Positions 32,993-42,344 of a stretch of 64,000 nt of DNA are shown in pieces (the first letter of the stretch is position 1; the number at the start of each line of letters is the position of its first letter). A model generated the notes under the pieces. That model worked only from the letters and a program-made list of their open reading frames with translations. It was not told where the DNA came from and ran no database searches. The DNA is taken from NCBI RefSeq assembly GCF_988243305.1, contig NZ_OZ547136.1, one strand, 5' to 3'. Both the position numbers and the translations under genes were made by a program.

Positions 32993-35337
32993 CAGGAATG
33001 TACCTCCTGCAACAGTTTCATAATCTCAGCGCTTACCGCATCCAAATCAGCATCAATCTCCTCCAACGGTCGCGGCGGTGTATAAACATAAAAATGACGA
33101 TTAAACGGAATTTCATACCCCACAATCCCGATATCCCCATCTTTCGCATCGCGTTTATCGGCATTGATCCACGCATCCGCAACATGCGGCAATACTTCCG
33201 CTTTGAAGTAATCCTCGATCAACTCGTTGGTAGATACCGCCGGATTTAACGGCACATTCTCGTTATCACGCAGGTCGCCATCCGATTCAAACTCCACAAC
33301 CTTTCCGTGGTACTCAAACGCGCCGTACAGCGGTTGGGGCGCTTCTTTCAGAACCTTGCTGATTACCGGCTCGGCGTCCGGGTTTTTGCGGGTGATAGCA
33401 TCGATAAACTGCTTGTTCTCTTTCGCATCCAGCTTCACGCCTGCGGTTCTGAGCGCCTCTTTCAGCGTCAACTGGAACTGATTAAAGTCATTGCTAACAG
33501 TCTCTTTGCCACCCGCCAGCATCCTCATCGCTGCCTGAATACGCCGCGCTTTTTCCATTAACCCGCGCTGGGCCAGCCATAATTTGCTGTCGAGCAGATC
33601 TTTAATTTGCTTCTCTTTCAGCTCGCTAAAATCGGCTTTAAGAATGGCGCGGGCTTCACTTTCTACCGCTGTTAAGTCGCCGTAATTACCGTCCTGCCAC
33701 TGGAAAGCAAAGGCGTCATACAGTTGCGCCATCGGCGCGTTAAACGGCTTCGGCGCAAAGCGCAATGTGGCAATGGCGTCATCACTTATCTGAGCCGACA
33801 GGCGTAACGGGCGCTCAACGGTGATGCGACGATAGCCAAACTCGGTGCTGTGAAAGACTTTGCTGGCAAAGGTTTTTGCCGCCTCGGTTTTGGTTGTTGC
33901 GGGCTGGCGTCCCCGGCTGGATTTTTGTTCGGGTGCTTTCTCCAGGCCTAACGCCGCAAGCGTAGTGGTGGCAACGGGTTCGAAATCGCCAAACGTGCGG
34001 GTGATTAAACCAATATCCTCCTCCCCGAGAATATTACGTTTTGATCCCAGCGATTTACGCATCTTTCCGCACAGGTTGCTGCCGTCGATTAGCTGGACTT
34101 TACCTTTGCGTTCTGGCGCTTTTTTGTTAGACAGCACCCAAACATAGGTAGCGATACCGGTGTTGTAAAACATATCGGTGGGCAGGGCGATAATGCCTTC
34201 CAGCAAATCCGCTTCCAGAATGTAGCGGCGGATCTCGCTTTCACCGCTGCCTGCGCCGCCGGTGAATAACGGCGAACCATTAAGAATGATGCCGATCCGT
34301 CCGCCACCGCTTTTGGCATCGCGCATTTTGCTGATCAGATGCAGCAGAAACAGCAACGAACCGTCGGAGACTCGGGGCAGGCCGGGGCCAAAGCGACCAT
34401 CAGCACCTTTGAGTTTGTGCTCGTTGTTGATGTCGGTTTCTATCTTTTTCCAGTCCACGCCGAAAGGTGGATTAGAGAGCATGTAATCGAATTTTTCTGC
34501 GGGGAGCTGATCGTTGGAAAGGGTGTTGCCGAGTTTGATAAGGCTGACATCCTGGCCCTTAATCAGCATGTCGGCTTTGCAGATGGCGTAGGATTCCGGG
34601 TTTAACTCCTGACCAAACGCGCGCATCACGGCATTGGGGTTTTGTTTGTGGACGTACTCCATGCCGGAGGAGAGAAAGCCGCCGGTTCCCGCCGTTGGGT
34701 CGTAAATGGTGCGAATGATACCGTCTTTATTGAGTGCATCATCATCATCGAAAAACACCAGCGAGGTGGTCAGATTGACGATATCACGCGGGGTAAAGTG
34801 CTCCCCGGCGGTTTCGTTAGAACTCTCGGCAAAACGTCGGATCAGCTCCTCAAATACCAGCCCCATATCGTGGTTGGTGACGTGCTCCGGGTATAAATCT
34901 GCTTTAGCGAATATTTGCACCACTTTGAACAGTAAGTTTGCATCCGCCAGCTGTCCGACAAACTCGCTGAACTTGAAGTGTTCGAAAATTTCGCGGGCAT
35001 CCGAAGAGAACGACTGGATGTAGTTTTCCAGGTTGTCCTGTATGCCATTTTGCCCCATTTTGCTGAGATCCATCGCTGAGGCATTGAAGAACGTGAGGCC
35101 ATTAGTCGCCCGCAGGATCATTTTCTCCTGGGCTTCCTCCGGCAGTTTCATGGCTTTTACTTTTTGCGCCTCGGTAATGACCGCGTCTTTCGTTGTTTCG
35201 AGTACGCATTCCAGACGACGCAAAAGGGTAAAAGGAAGAATAATTCGTCCATATTGTGATTGTTTAAAATCGCCGCGTAACAGGTCGGCGACAGACCACA
35301 GGAAGGCTGCAATCTGGCTGAAATTAGTTGATGACAT
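32992..35337 (-). CDS. hsdM: Type I restriction-modification N6-adenine DNA methyltransferase subunit (long form)
   Basis: About 781 aa from the ATG at 35337 (AGGA 9-12 nt upstream; an in-frame ATG also exists at 35346); SAM-binding ([10 protein letters not shown]) and catalytic NPPF motifs; long C-terminal extension. Confidence 0.88.
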   Translation of the reverse strand: MSSTNFSQIAAFLWSVADLLRGDFKQSQYGRIILPFTLLRRLECVLETTKDAVITEAQKVKAMKLPEEAQEKMILRATNGLTFFNASAMDLSKMGQNGIQDNLENYIQSFSSDAREIFEHFKFSEFVGQLADANLLFKVVQIFAKADLYPEHVTNHDMGLVFEELIRRFAESSNETAGEHFTPRDIVNLTTSLVFFDDDDALNKDGIIRTIYDPTAGTGGFLSSGMEYVHKQNPNAVMRAFGQELNPESYAICKADMLIKGQDVSLIKLGNTLSNDQLPAEKFDYMLSNPPFGVDWKKIETDINNEHKLKGADGRFGPGLPRVSDGSLLFLLHLISKMRDAKSGGGRIGIILNGSPLFTGGAGSGESEIRRYILEADLLEGIIALPTDMFYNTGIATYVWVLSNKKAPERKGKVQLIDGSNLCGKMRKSLGSKRNILGEEDIGLITRTFGDFEPVATTTLAALGLEKAPEQKSSRGRQPATTKTEAAKTFASKVFHSTEFGYRRITVERPLRLSAQISDDAIATLRFAPKPFNAPMAQLYDAFAFQWQDGNYGDLTAVESEARAILKADFSELKEKQIKDLLDSKLWLAQRGLMEKARRIQAAMRMLAGGKETVSNDFNQFQLTLKEALRTAGVKLDAKENKQFIDAITRKNPDAEPVISKVLKEAPQPLYGAFEYHGKVVEFESDGDLRDNENVPLNPAVSTNELIEDYFKAEVLPHVADAWINADKRDAKDGDIGIVGYEIPFNRHFYVYTPPRPLEEIDADLDAVSAEIMKLLQEVHS

Positions 35338-35621
35338 AAAAAGCATTCCTTGCCCTGAAAAAGAGGGGGATATTCAATGTGAAGTGAATGCTTTGTTATA
35401 TCAAACTATTGCTGTGATGATCAAAAACACGATCATTTTCAATACGTTATAAATATGAATTGGAAATATTAATTGTTCTAATGAATGCGTGTTGAGGTGT
35501 TTCTTAATATATTTTGATTTATCCTGGAATGGTATTTTTGCAGAAACAAAGACGCTAACTTTTATTTTTTATTCGCAGCATAATGACGCCGTTTGCCAGT
35601 GCAATTTGACAGGAGTCATTC

Positions 35622-37721
35622 ATGAAAGCCACCGAAGCCCGATTACTCGATTTTCTAAAACGCTCTCAGCAATTCGTTATTCCCATTTATCAGCGTACTT
35701 ATTCATGGTCAGAGGAACAGTGCCGCCAGCTCTGGGACGATGTAATACGTGCCGGGCAGCGTGATGATATCCCGGCGCATTTTATCGGCTCGGTGGTGTA
35801 TATCGAACAGGGCCTATATCAGGTTTCGGGGATCTCTCCCTTACTGGTGATTGACGGTCAGCAACGCCTGACAACGGCGATGTTATTGCTGGAAGCGTTG
35901 TCCAGACACCTTGGCGATGACGAGGTGATGGATGGTTTCTCCGCCATGAAATTACGAAACTATTATCTGCTCAATCCGTATGAATCGGGCGAGCGTGGAT
36001 TTAAGTTACTGCTTACGCAAACGGACAGAGAGAGCCTGCTGGCATTGATTAGACAAAAACCGCTGGCAGAAAATTGCTCTCTACGCGTGAAAGAGAATTT
36101 TGAGTTTTTCCATGAGCAAATAGGCAAACTCCACGGCAATTTCACCGCGTTATGTCAGGGCCTTTCCAAACTGCTGATTGTGGATGTCGCCTTGAATCGC
36201 GGTCAGGATAATCCGCAACTAATCTTTGAAAGCATGAACTCAACAGGAAAAGCGCTGAGTCAGGCGGATCTAGTACGCAACTATGTTCTGATGGGGCTGG
36301 AGCCAGAACATCAAAGCCAACTGTACGACGATTACTGGCGGCCCATGGAGCTGGCGTTTGGTCAGAAGGGATACACTGACTATTTCGACAGTTTTATGCG
36401 TAATTACCTGACGGTAAAAACAGGTGAGATTCCGCGAATTGGTGATGTCTATGAAGCCTTTAAACGCTATGCGCGAAAACCTGGCGTAATAGATAGCGGG
36501 ATGGAGGCGCTGGTTGCGGATATTCGTACCTATGCGGATTATTTTTGTGCGATGGCGCTGGATAGCGAAAAAGACAAAATATTAAAGATGGCGTTTCAGG
36601 ATCTACGTGAGCTGAAAGTCGATGCCGCCTGGCCGTTCCTGTTGGTGCTTTATCACGACTATAAACAGGGAATTCTTTCTGCCGCGGATTTTTTAAGTGC
36701 CACGCGTTTAATTGAGTCGTATATCTTCCGGCGCGCAGTCTGTGCCATTCCCACTAACTCATTTACTAAAACCTTCGCCACGTTTTACAAAGTGCTGGAT
36801 AAAGAGCGTTATCTGGAGAGCATTGCGGCACATTTGCTGGAACTGCCTTCCTACCGTCGTTTCCCGGATGATGATGAATTTCAACGTGAACTGAAAACTC
36901 GCGACCTCTACAACTTCCGTAATCGCAGCTATTGGCTACGTAGATTTGAAAACCACGATCGTAAAGAACGGGCCTATGTTGACACTTATACGATTGAACA
37001 TATCATGCCGCAGAACCCTAATTTATCGGCGAAGTGGCGCGATGACCTTGGTCCGGAATGGAAGCGAATCCATAAAAAGTGGCTCCATACGTTGGGTAAT
37101 TTAACGTTAACTGGCTATAACTCAAGCTACAGCGACCGTCCATTTGCGAAGAAGCGAGATATAAAAGGTGGCTTTAAGGAAAGTCCATTACGCCTGAACA
37201 CGGGGTTAGGGCAATGTGAAATATGGGATCGTGCAGCGATACAAAAGAGAGCGGAACGTCTGTCCGAGCTGGCAATAGACGTCTGGGCGATCCCCAAACT
37301 TTCGGAAGACGTGTTGGCTCGTTATCGCACCGTCGTTGAACGAGGAACGGGATATGTCCTTGCTGATTTCCCGCAACTTGAAGAAGGTACGCACATCCGC
37401 GTACTTTTTGACAGCCTTTCTGATGCCGTTATGACGCTGGACGCTGGGGTTACGCGAGAAATATTGAAGCTCTATGTTGCCTTCAAAGCGGAGACGAATT
37501 TTGTTGATGTGGTGCCGCAAAAAAGTCGCTTACGTTTATCACTAAATATGCCATTCCATGAACTGGTTGACCCAAAATGTATGGCTAAAGATGTCACAGA
37601 TATAGGCCGTTGGGGCAATGGCGATGTTGAAATAGGTTTCAGCGATCTTTCTGAGCTTCCTTATGTGATGGGATTAATTCGTCAGGCATTTGAAAAGCAG
37701 ATGGATAACGCGATGGTTTAA
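35622..37721 (+). CDS. GmrSD-like DUF262/DUF1524 protein (putative modification-dependent Type IV restriction endonuclease, BrxU/SspE-like)
   Basis: 699-aa ORF; N-terminal DUF262/ParB-like NTPase motifs (IPIYQRTYSW...VIDGQQRLTT); central His-Me/HNH-like DUF1524 region (YTIEHIMPQNPN...W...HTLGNLTL); AGGAG Shine-Dalgarno; divergent from hsdM. Confidence 0.8.
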   Translation: MKATEARLLDFLKRSQQFVIPIYQRTYSWSEEQCRQLWDDVIRAGQRDDIPAHFIGSVVYIEQGLYQVSGISPLLVIDGQQRLTTAMLLLEALSRHLGDDEVMDGFSAMKLRNYYLLNPYESGERGFKLLLTQTDRESLLALIRQKPLAENCSLRVKENFEFFHEQIGKLHGNFTALCQGLSKLLIVDVALNRGQDNPQLIFESMNSTGKALSQADLVRNYVLMGLEPEHQSQLYDDYWRPMELAFGQKGYTDYFDSFMRNYLTVKTGEIPRIGDVYEAFKRYARKPGVIDSGMEALVADIRTYADYFCAMALDSEKDKILKMAFQDLRELKVDAAWPFLLVLYHDYKQGILSAADFLSATRLIESYIFRRAVCAIPTNSFTKTFATFYKVLDKERYLESIAAHLLELPSYRRFPDDDEFQRELKTRDLYNFRNRSYWLRRFENHDRKERAYVDTYTIEHIMPQNPNLSAKWRDDLGPEWKRIHKKWLHTLGNLTLTGYNSSYSDRPFAKKRDIKGGFKESPLRLNTGLGQCEIWDRAAIQKRAERLSELAIDVWAIPKLSEDVLARYRTVVERGTGYVLADFPQLEEGTHIRVLFDSLSDAVMTLDAGVTREILKLYVAFKAETNFVDVVPQKSRLRLSLNMPFHELVDPKCMAKDVTDIGRWGNGDVEIGFSDLSELPYVMGLIRQAFEKQMDNAMV

Positions 37722-37764
37722 TATGGAATAATATCCTCTTTACCATGCAATCAAGGATCCTCTA

Positions 37765-38499
37765 ATGACAACCAAACTACTGGACCTGAGCTGGAATGCA
37801 AATGCCATCCCGGCGATGCAAATTGTCGGTACGCGCGCGGCCTTGTTTACCTTCAAAACGCATATGGCAGGGTTTGTCTGGGATGCCGCGCAACTGGAAA
37901 ATAACCCCTATACCTTTGTTGAAGTTAAAACGCTGCTCGATGGCGTCACCGTTGGCGGGCATAAGGTCAGTGATACTGAGCAGGTGTTGAACCTGGCAGA
38001 TAGCGCAAAAAAACTGATTGAACTTGTGCAATCCGGGCGTTTCGATCTTGATAAGAAAACGTTCACGTTGCTTAACGGCATTATTGCGCGTAATGAGGCG
38101 CTGGAGTGGGGCGTTTTTCGCGGCGAAGGTGATGAGTTACATTACAATGCGCGCGTTCACCTCGGCGAGTTGGGCACCCATTTCCCACCAGCCACAGAAG
38201 CAGGTGCACCTGAACTGAATCGAATATTCGCCGCAGGTGTGGCACAAATAAAAGAGATGCCACCGTTCGAAGGGGCGCTGGCAATGTTTTTATTTGGTGC
38301 TTATTTTCAGTTTTTCTTTGATGGCAACAAGCGTACCAGTCGCCATATGATGAACGGCTGGTTAATGCGCCACGGTTACAATCCCATTAGTGTACCCGCA
38401 GCTCGTGCGCTGGAGTTCAACAGCAAAATGGTGCGCTTTTATCACAGCAAAGATGCCAGTGAAATGATGGCATTTTTGGTGGATTGCTATCAGGTTTGA
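37765..38499 (+). CDS. Fic/Doc-like protein with non-canonical active-site motif (Q-x-F-x-DGNKR)
   Basis: 244-aa ORF; segment AMFLFGAYFQFFFDGNKRTSRHMMNGWLMRHGYNPISV matches the Fic/Doc core (HxFx(D/E)GN(G/K)RxxR ... LL.RHGY.P) except that His is replaced (Gln/Phe); starts 44 nt after the GmrSD-like gene with AAGGA Shine-Dalgarno. Confidence 0.6.
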   Translation: MTTKLLDLSWNANAIPAMQIVGTRAALFTFKTHMAGFVWDAAQLENNPYTFVEVKTLLDGVTVGGHKVSDTEQVLNLADSAKKLIELVQSGRFDLDKKTFTLLNGIIARNEALEWGVFRGEGDELHYNARVHLGELGTHFPPATEAGAPELNRIFAAGVAQIKEMPPFEGALAMFLFGAYFQFFFDGNKRTSRHMMNGWLMRHGYNPISVPAARALEFNSKMVRFYHSKDASEMMAFLVDCYQV

Positions 38500-38637
38500 A
38501 TAAGTGCTGGATGGTGTCCCAATGCTGCCATCCAGCCCCTTCATATCAACTTCCCTATCTTTTCCTAAAACGTGATGCTATTTCCAACATTCGAATCATC
38601 AGTGCACGAAAAGCAGATCGTAAAGAGAGGAATCGCT

Positions 38638-38940
38638 ATGAGCATGGTTAAACATAAACGAGGGACCTCCTCTACACTCGATGTGCAGCATGAGGCCGAA
38701 TTGAAGGCGCTGGCGAATAAATTCGACGAAGAGATTGATTACAGCGATATCCCACCTTCCAGCGATGAGCAATGGTCTAACGCAGAACGCGGTAAGTTTT
38801 ATCGGCCATTGAAAACCCAGGCTTCGGTGCGTATTGATGCTGATGTGATGGAATGGCTGAAGCGACCTGGTAAAGGCTATCAAACTCGCCTGAACGCAAT
38901 TTTACGTGAAGCGATGCTGCGCGATCAGAACAAAAAATAA
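38638..38940 (+). CDS. BrnA-like (COG3514) ribbon-helix-helix antitoxin-family protein
   Basis: 100-aa product from the ATG at 38638 (AGAGAGG Shine-Dalgarno); C-terminal RIDADVMEWLKRPGKGYQTRLNAILREAM resembles the BrnA antitoxin signature; no BrnT-like (DUF497) partner ORF adjacent. Confidence 0.65.
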   Translation: MSMVKHKRGTSSTLDVQHEAELKALANKFDEEIDYSDIPPSSDEQWSNAERGKFYRPLKTQASVRIDADVMEWLKRPGKGYQTRLNAILREAMLRDQNKK

Positions 38941-38973
38941 TTCAGGCCGCCACATGGCGGCCATCATCCAAAA

Positions 38974-39930
38974 TTACTTCCTCAACCCCGCAAACGCCGC
39001 CCGAATCTCATCCTCCGGCAGCTGAATCCCGATAAACACCATCGTGCTATGCGGTTTTTCATCGCCCCACGGCCTGTCCCAGTCGGCGCTGTAGAGGCGC
39101 TGGACGCCCTGGAACAGCAGGCGGTTAGGTTCGCCGTCAATCCACAGCATCCCTTTGTAACGCAGCAGTTTATCTGCCGATTCCAGCAGCAGGTTTTCCA
39201 TCACGCGGGAAACTTCGCTGATATCTACCGGGTAATCCAGTTCCACCACAATCGACGAAATATCGTTTTGTTTATCCGCGATAAAGTGGAAACGCGGTTT
39301 GGTGCTGACGACGTTTTCTTCCAGCATAAAACCGTTGGTGTTGAACAACAGGCCCAGGTCGATGTCGCCGTGGGTGACGGTGTAGACCGGCGCGCGGGCG
39401 TTGATGCGTGCCAGACGTTCACGCAGTTTCTCTGCTTCGCCTGCGACGTCGGTTTTAGTCAGCAGAATACGGTCGGCGTAGCCAACCTGGGACTGGGCGA
39501 TGGTGAACTGGTTCATCTGCTCATCGGCATGTACCGCATCCACCAGCGCAATCACGCCGTCCAGCAGGTAGCGCTGGCATAAAATCTCATGGGAGAAAAA
39601 GGTCTGAATAATCGGGCCAGGATCGGCCATGCCGGTGCATTCAATGACCAGACGGTCGAACTGAATATTGCCCTTGTCGAGATTGTCCAGCAGGTCGAGT
39701 AGCGCGTCCTCCAGCTCGTTGGAGCGCGAACAGCAGATGCAGCCGTTGGTCAGCGTTTTGATCTGCGTGGCGCGGTCGCCAATCAGTTGATCATCAACGG
39801 AGACTTCGCCGAATTCGTTTTCAATCACGGCAATCTTGTAGCCGTGTTGTTCGTTAAGAATATGGCGCAGCAGGGTAGTTTTGCCCGCGCCTAAAAAACC
39901 GGTGAGTAGGGTCACTGCAATCGGGTTCAT
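38974..39930 (-). CDS. yjiA: CobW/P47K-family GTPase YjiA
   Basis: 318-aa product from MNPIAVTLLTGFLGAGKTTLL (P-loop); GGAGAG Shine-Dalgarno; the track ORF start is an upstream in-frame extension. Confidence 0.88.
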   Translation of the reverse strand: MNPIAVTLLTGFLGAGKTTLLRHILNEQHGYKIAVIENEFGEVSVDDQLIGDRATQIKTLTNGCICCSRSNELEDALLDLLDNLDKGNIQFDRLVIECTGMADPGPIIQTFFSHEILCQRYLLDGVIALVDAVHADEQMNQFTIAQSQVGYADRILLTKTDVAGEAEKLRERLARINARAPVYTVTHGDIDLGLLFNTNGFMLEENVVSTKPRFHFIADKQNDISSIVVELDYPVDISEVSRVMENLLLESADKLLRYKGMLWIDGEPNRLLFQGVQRLYSADWDRPWGDEKPHSTMVFIGIQLPEDEIRAAFAGLRK

Positions 39931-39940
39931 GCTCTCTCCA

Positions 39941-40144
39941 TTAACAACAGCGCATACCGCCTTTACCATCGCCGCCGTAGCGCGCGTTCTGGCGTTCGCG
40001 GAAGAATTCTTCATAGCTCATGTACGGCTTGTCGGGATGGTTGGTCTTCATATGCTCGACGTAGTTGTCGTAGTCTGGAATGCCAATCAACATCTTCGCC
40101 GCCTGGCCGAGATATTTTTTTGCCTGTCCTAAGTTACCAAACAT
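39941..40144 (-). CDS. yjiX: Small protein YjiX (CstA-associated, DUF466)
   Basis: 67-aa ORF immediately downstream of btsT, ending in a cysteine-rich tail (GGMRCC). Confidence 0.85.
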
Positions 40145-40193
40145 AGTTCACTCTGATAAGAACAAAGCCCCGCCGAAGCGGGGCTAAACACGG

Positions 40194-42344
40194 TTAGTGG
40201 TGCGAAGAGATCTTCACGCCGCCTTCCGGGATTGGAACGTACGGTGTTTCTTTGTCAGTACGTTTGTCGCTGTTACGCACCGCAAGCCAGGTTTTGAAAC
40301 CATAGAAGATGATGCTGTACACCACGATCAGGAACAGAATACTCAGACCTGCGTTGGTGTAGTTATTCACAACGATGTGGTTCATGTTGGCAATCTGCTG
40401 CGCCGTCAGGTCAGTACCGTTAGCAATCTTCTCTTTGTACTGGCTTGCCATGTAGAAGAAGCCTTCCATCTGCGGGTTGGTACTGAACAGTTTCAGGCCC
40501 AGCGCCCAGGTGGTGCAGATAAGCAGCCATACAGCCGGAACAACAGTTACCCAGATGTATTGGGTGCGCTTCATCTTAATCAGCACAACGGTACCCAGTA
40601 CCAGCGCCACGGCGGCCAGCATCTGGTTGGAGATACCGAACAGCGGCCACAGGCTCTTAACGCCGCCCAGCGGATCGACCACGCCCTGATACAGCAGGTA
40701 GCCCCACAGACCCACACAGCCCGCAGTACCGATGATACCAGCAACCAGAGAGTCGGTTTTTTTCAGGAACGGGATGAAGTTACCCAGCAGGTCTTGCAGC
40801 ATAAAGCGGCCAGAACGGGTACCCGCATCCAGCGCGGTCAGGATGAACAGGGCTTCGAACAGAATACCGAAGTGATACCAGAAGCCCATGTCAGCCATCG
40901 GCAGTACTTTGTGGAACACGTGAGCGATACCTACCGCCAGCGTTGGCGCACCACCTGCACGGTTCAGGACAGAAGGCTCACCAATGTCTTTCGCGGTTTG
41001 CAGGATCTGCTCTGGCGAAATCACGAAGCCCCAGGAGCTGACGGTCGCTGCCGCGTGTGCGGTAACGTCTTTCAGCTGCGCCATGATGATCGGCGCGTTC
41101 TCGCCACCCATTTCATGCAGGTTAGGCATGGTGATGCCAAGGCCAGCAGGCGGGGTATTCATCGCGAAGTAAAGACCCGGTTCGATGATGGACGCAGCAA
41201 CCAGCGCCATAATCGCCACGAAGGACTCCATCAGCATTGCGCCGTAGCCAATGAAACGCGCGTCGGTTTCATTAGCCAGCAGTTTCGGTGTCGTACCGGA
41301 AGAGATCAGTGCGTGGAAGCCAGATACCGCACCACAGGCGATGGTGATGAACAGGAACGGGAACAGAGCGCCTTTCCACAGCGGGCCAGTACCGTCAATG
41401 TACTGGGTCATCGCAGGCATTTTCAGTTCCGGGTTCAGCACCACGATACCCAGCGCCAGGCCGACGATAACGCCGATTTTCAGGAAGGTTGCCAGATAGT
41501 CGCGCGGTGCGAGGATCAGCCACACTGGCAGCAGTGCGGAAACAAACGCATAGCCAATCAGCGCGAAGGTAATGGTGGTGTCTTTAAAGGTCAGTGCCGG
41601 ACCCCAGTACGGATCGTGAGCAATCACGCCACCGAAGTAGATAGAGGCAACCAGCAGCACGATACCAATGACAGAGACTTCACCCACACGCCCCGGACGG
41701 ATAAAGCGCATGTAGATACCCATAAACAGCGCAATCGGTACGGTTGAGCAAACGGTGAAGACACCCCACGGACTTTCGGCCAGGGCTTTAACCACAATCA
41801 GCGCCAGGACGGCGAGGATGATGATCATGATTAAGAAACAGCCAAACAGCGCGATAGTCCCCGGTACTGGTCCCATCTCTTCTTTGATCATCTCACCGAG
41901 AGATGCGCCGTTACGGCGAGAGGAGATAAACAGCACCATAAAGTCCTGTACCGCACCGGCCAGCACGACCCCCGCCAGCAGCCACAGCGTGCCAGGCAGG
42001 TAGCCCATCTGCGCGGCGAGAACCGGACCCACCAGCGGACCAGCACCGGCGATAGCGGCGAAGTGGTGACCAAACAACACGTAACGGTTGGTCGGAACAT
42101 AGTTCAGACCGTCGTTGTTAATAACCGCAGGCGTCGCTCGCGTGGGGTCGAGTTTCATTACCTTCTGGGCGATGTACAGACTGTAGTAGCGATAAGCCAC
42201 CAGATACACCGACACAGAGGCGACCACGATCCACAGGGCACTGACGTGCTCCCCCCGACGTAATGCAACTACCGCGAGGCAGAATGCACCGATGATTCCG
42301 AGAATCACCCAGGGTATGTGCTTGAATAGTTTTTTCGTATCCAT
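40194..42344 (-). CDS. btsT: Pyruvate/H+ symporter BtsT (CstA family)
   Basis: 716-aa product from MDTKKLFKHIPWVILGIIGAF...; CstA-family polytopic transporter; start set at the internal ATG 42344. Confidence 0.9.
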   Translation of the reverse strand: MDTKKLFKHIPWVILGIIGAFCLAVVALRRGEHVSALWIVVASVSVYLVAYRYYSLYIAQKVMKLDPTRATPAVINNDGLNYVPTNRYVLFGHHFAAIAGAGPLVGPVLAAQMGYLPGTLWLLAGVVLAGAVQDFMVLFISSRRNGASLGEMIKEEMGPVPGTIALFGCFLIMIIILAVLALIVVKALAESPWGVFTVCSTVPIALFMGIYMRFIRPGRVGEVSVIGIVLLVASIYFGGVIAHDPYWGPALTFKDTTITFALIGYAFVSALLPVWLILAPRDYLATFLKIGVIVGLALGIVVLNPELKMPAMTQYIDGTGPLWKGALFPFLFITIACGAVSGFHALISSGTTPKLLANETDARFIGYGAMLMESFVAIMALVAASIIEPGLYFAMNTPPAGLGITMPNLHEMGGENAPIIMAQLKDVTAHAAATVSSWGFVISPEQILQTAKDIGEPSVLNRAGGAPTLAVGIAHVFHKVLPMADMGFWYHFGILFEALFILTALDAGTRSGRFMLQDLLGNFIPFLKKTDSLVAGIIGTAGCVGLWGYLLYQGVVDPLGGVKSLWPLFGISNQMLAAVALVLGTVVLIKMKRTQYIWVTVVPAVWLLICTTWALGLKLFSTNPQMEGFFYMASQYKEKIANGTDLTAQQIANMNHIVVNNYTNAGLSILFLIVVYSIIFYGFKTWLAVRNSDKRTDKETPYVPIPEGGVKISSHH

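Noticed and set aside
40197-41747. 516-aa ORF on the plus strand
   Set aside because: Entirely antisense to btsT, whose identity is secure; Arg/His-rich translation typical of a shadow ORF in a GC-rich gene; no ribosome-binding site.
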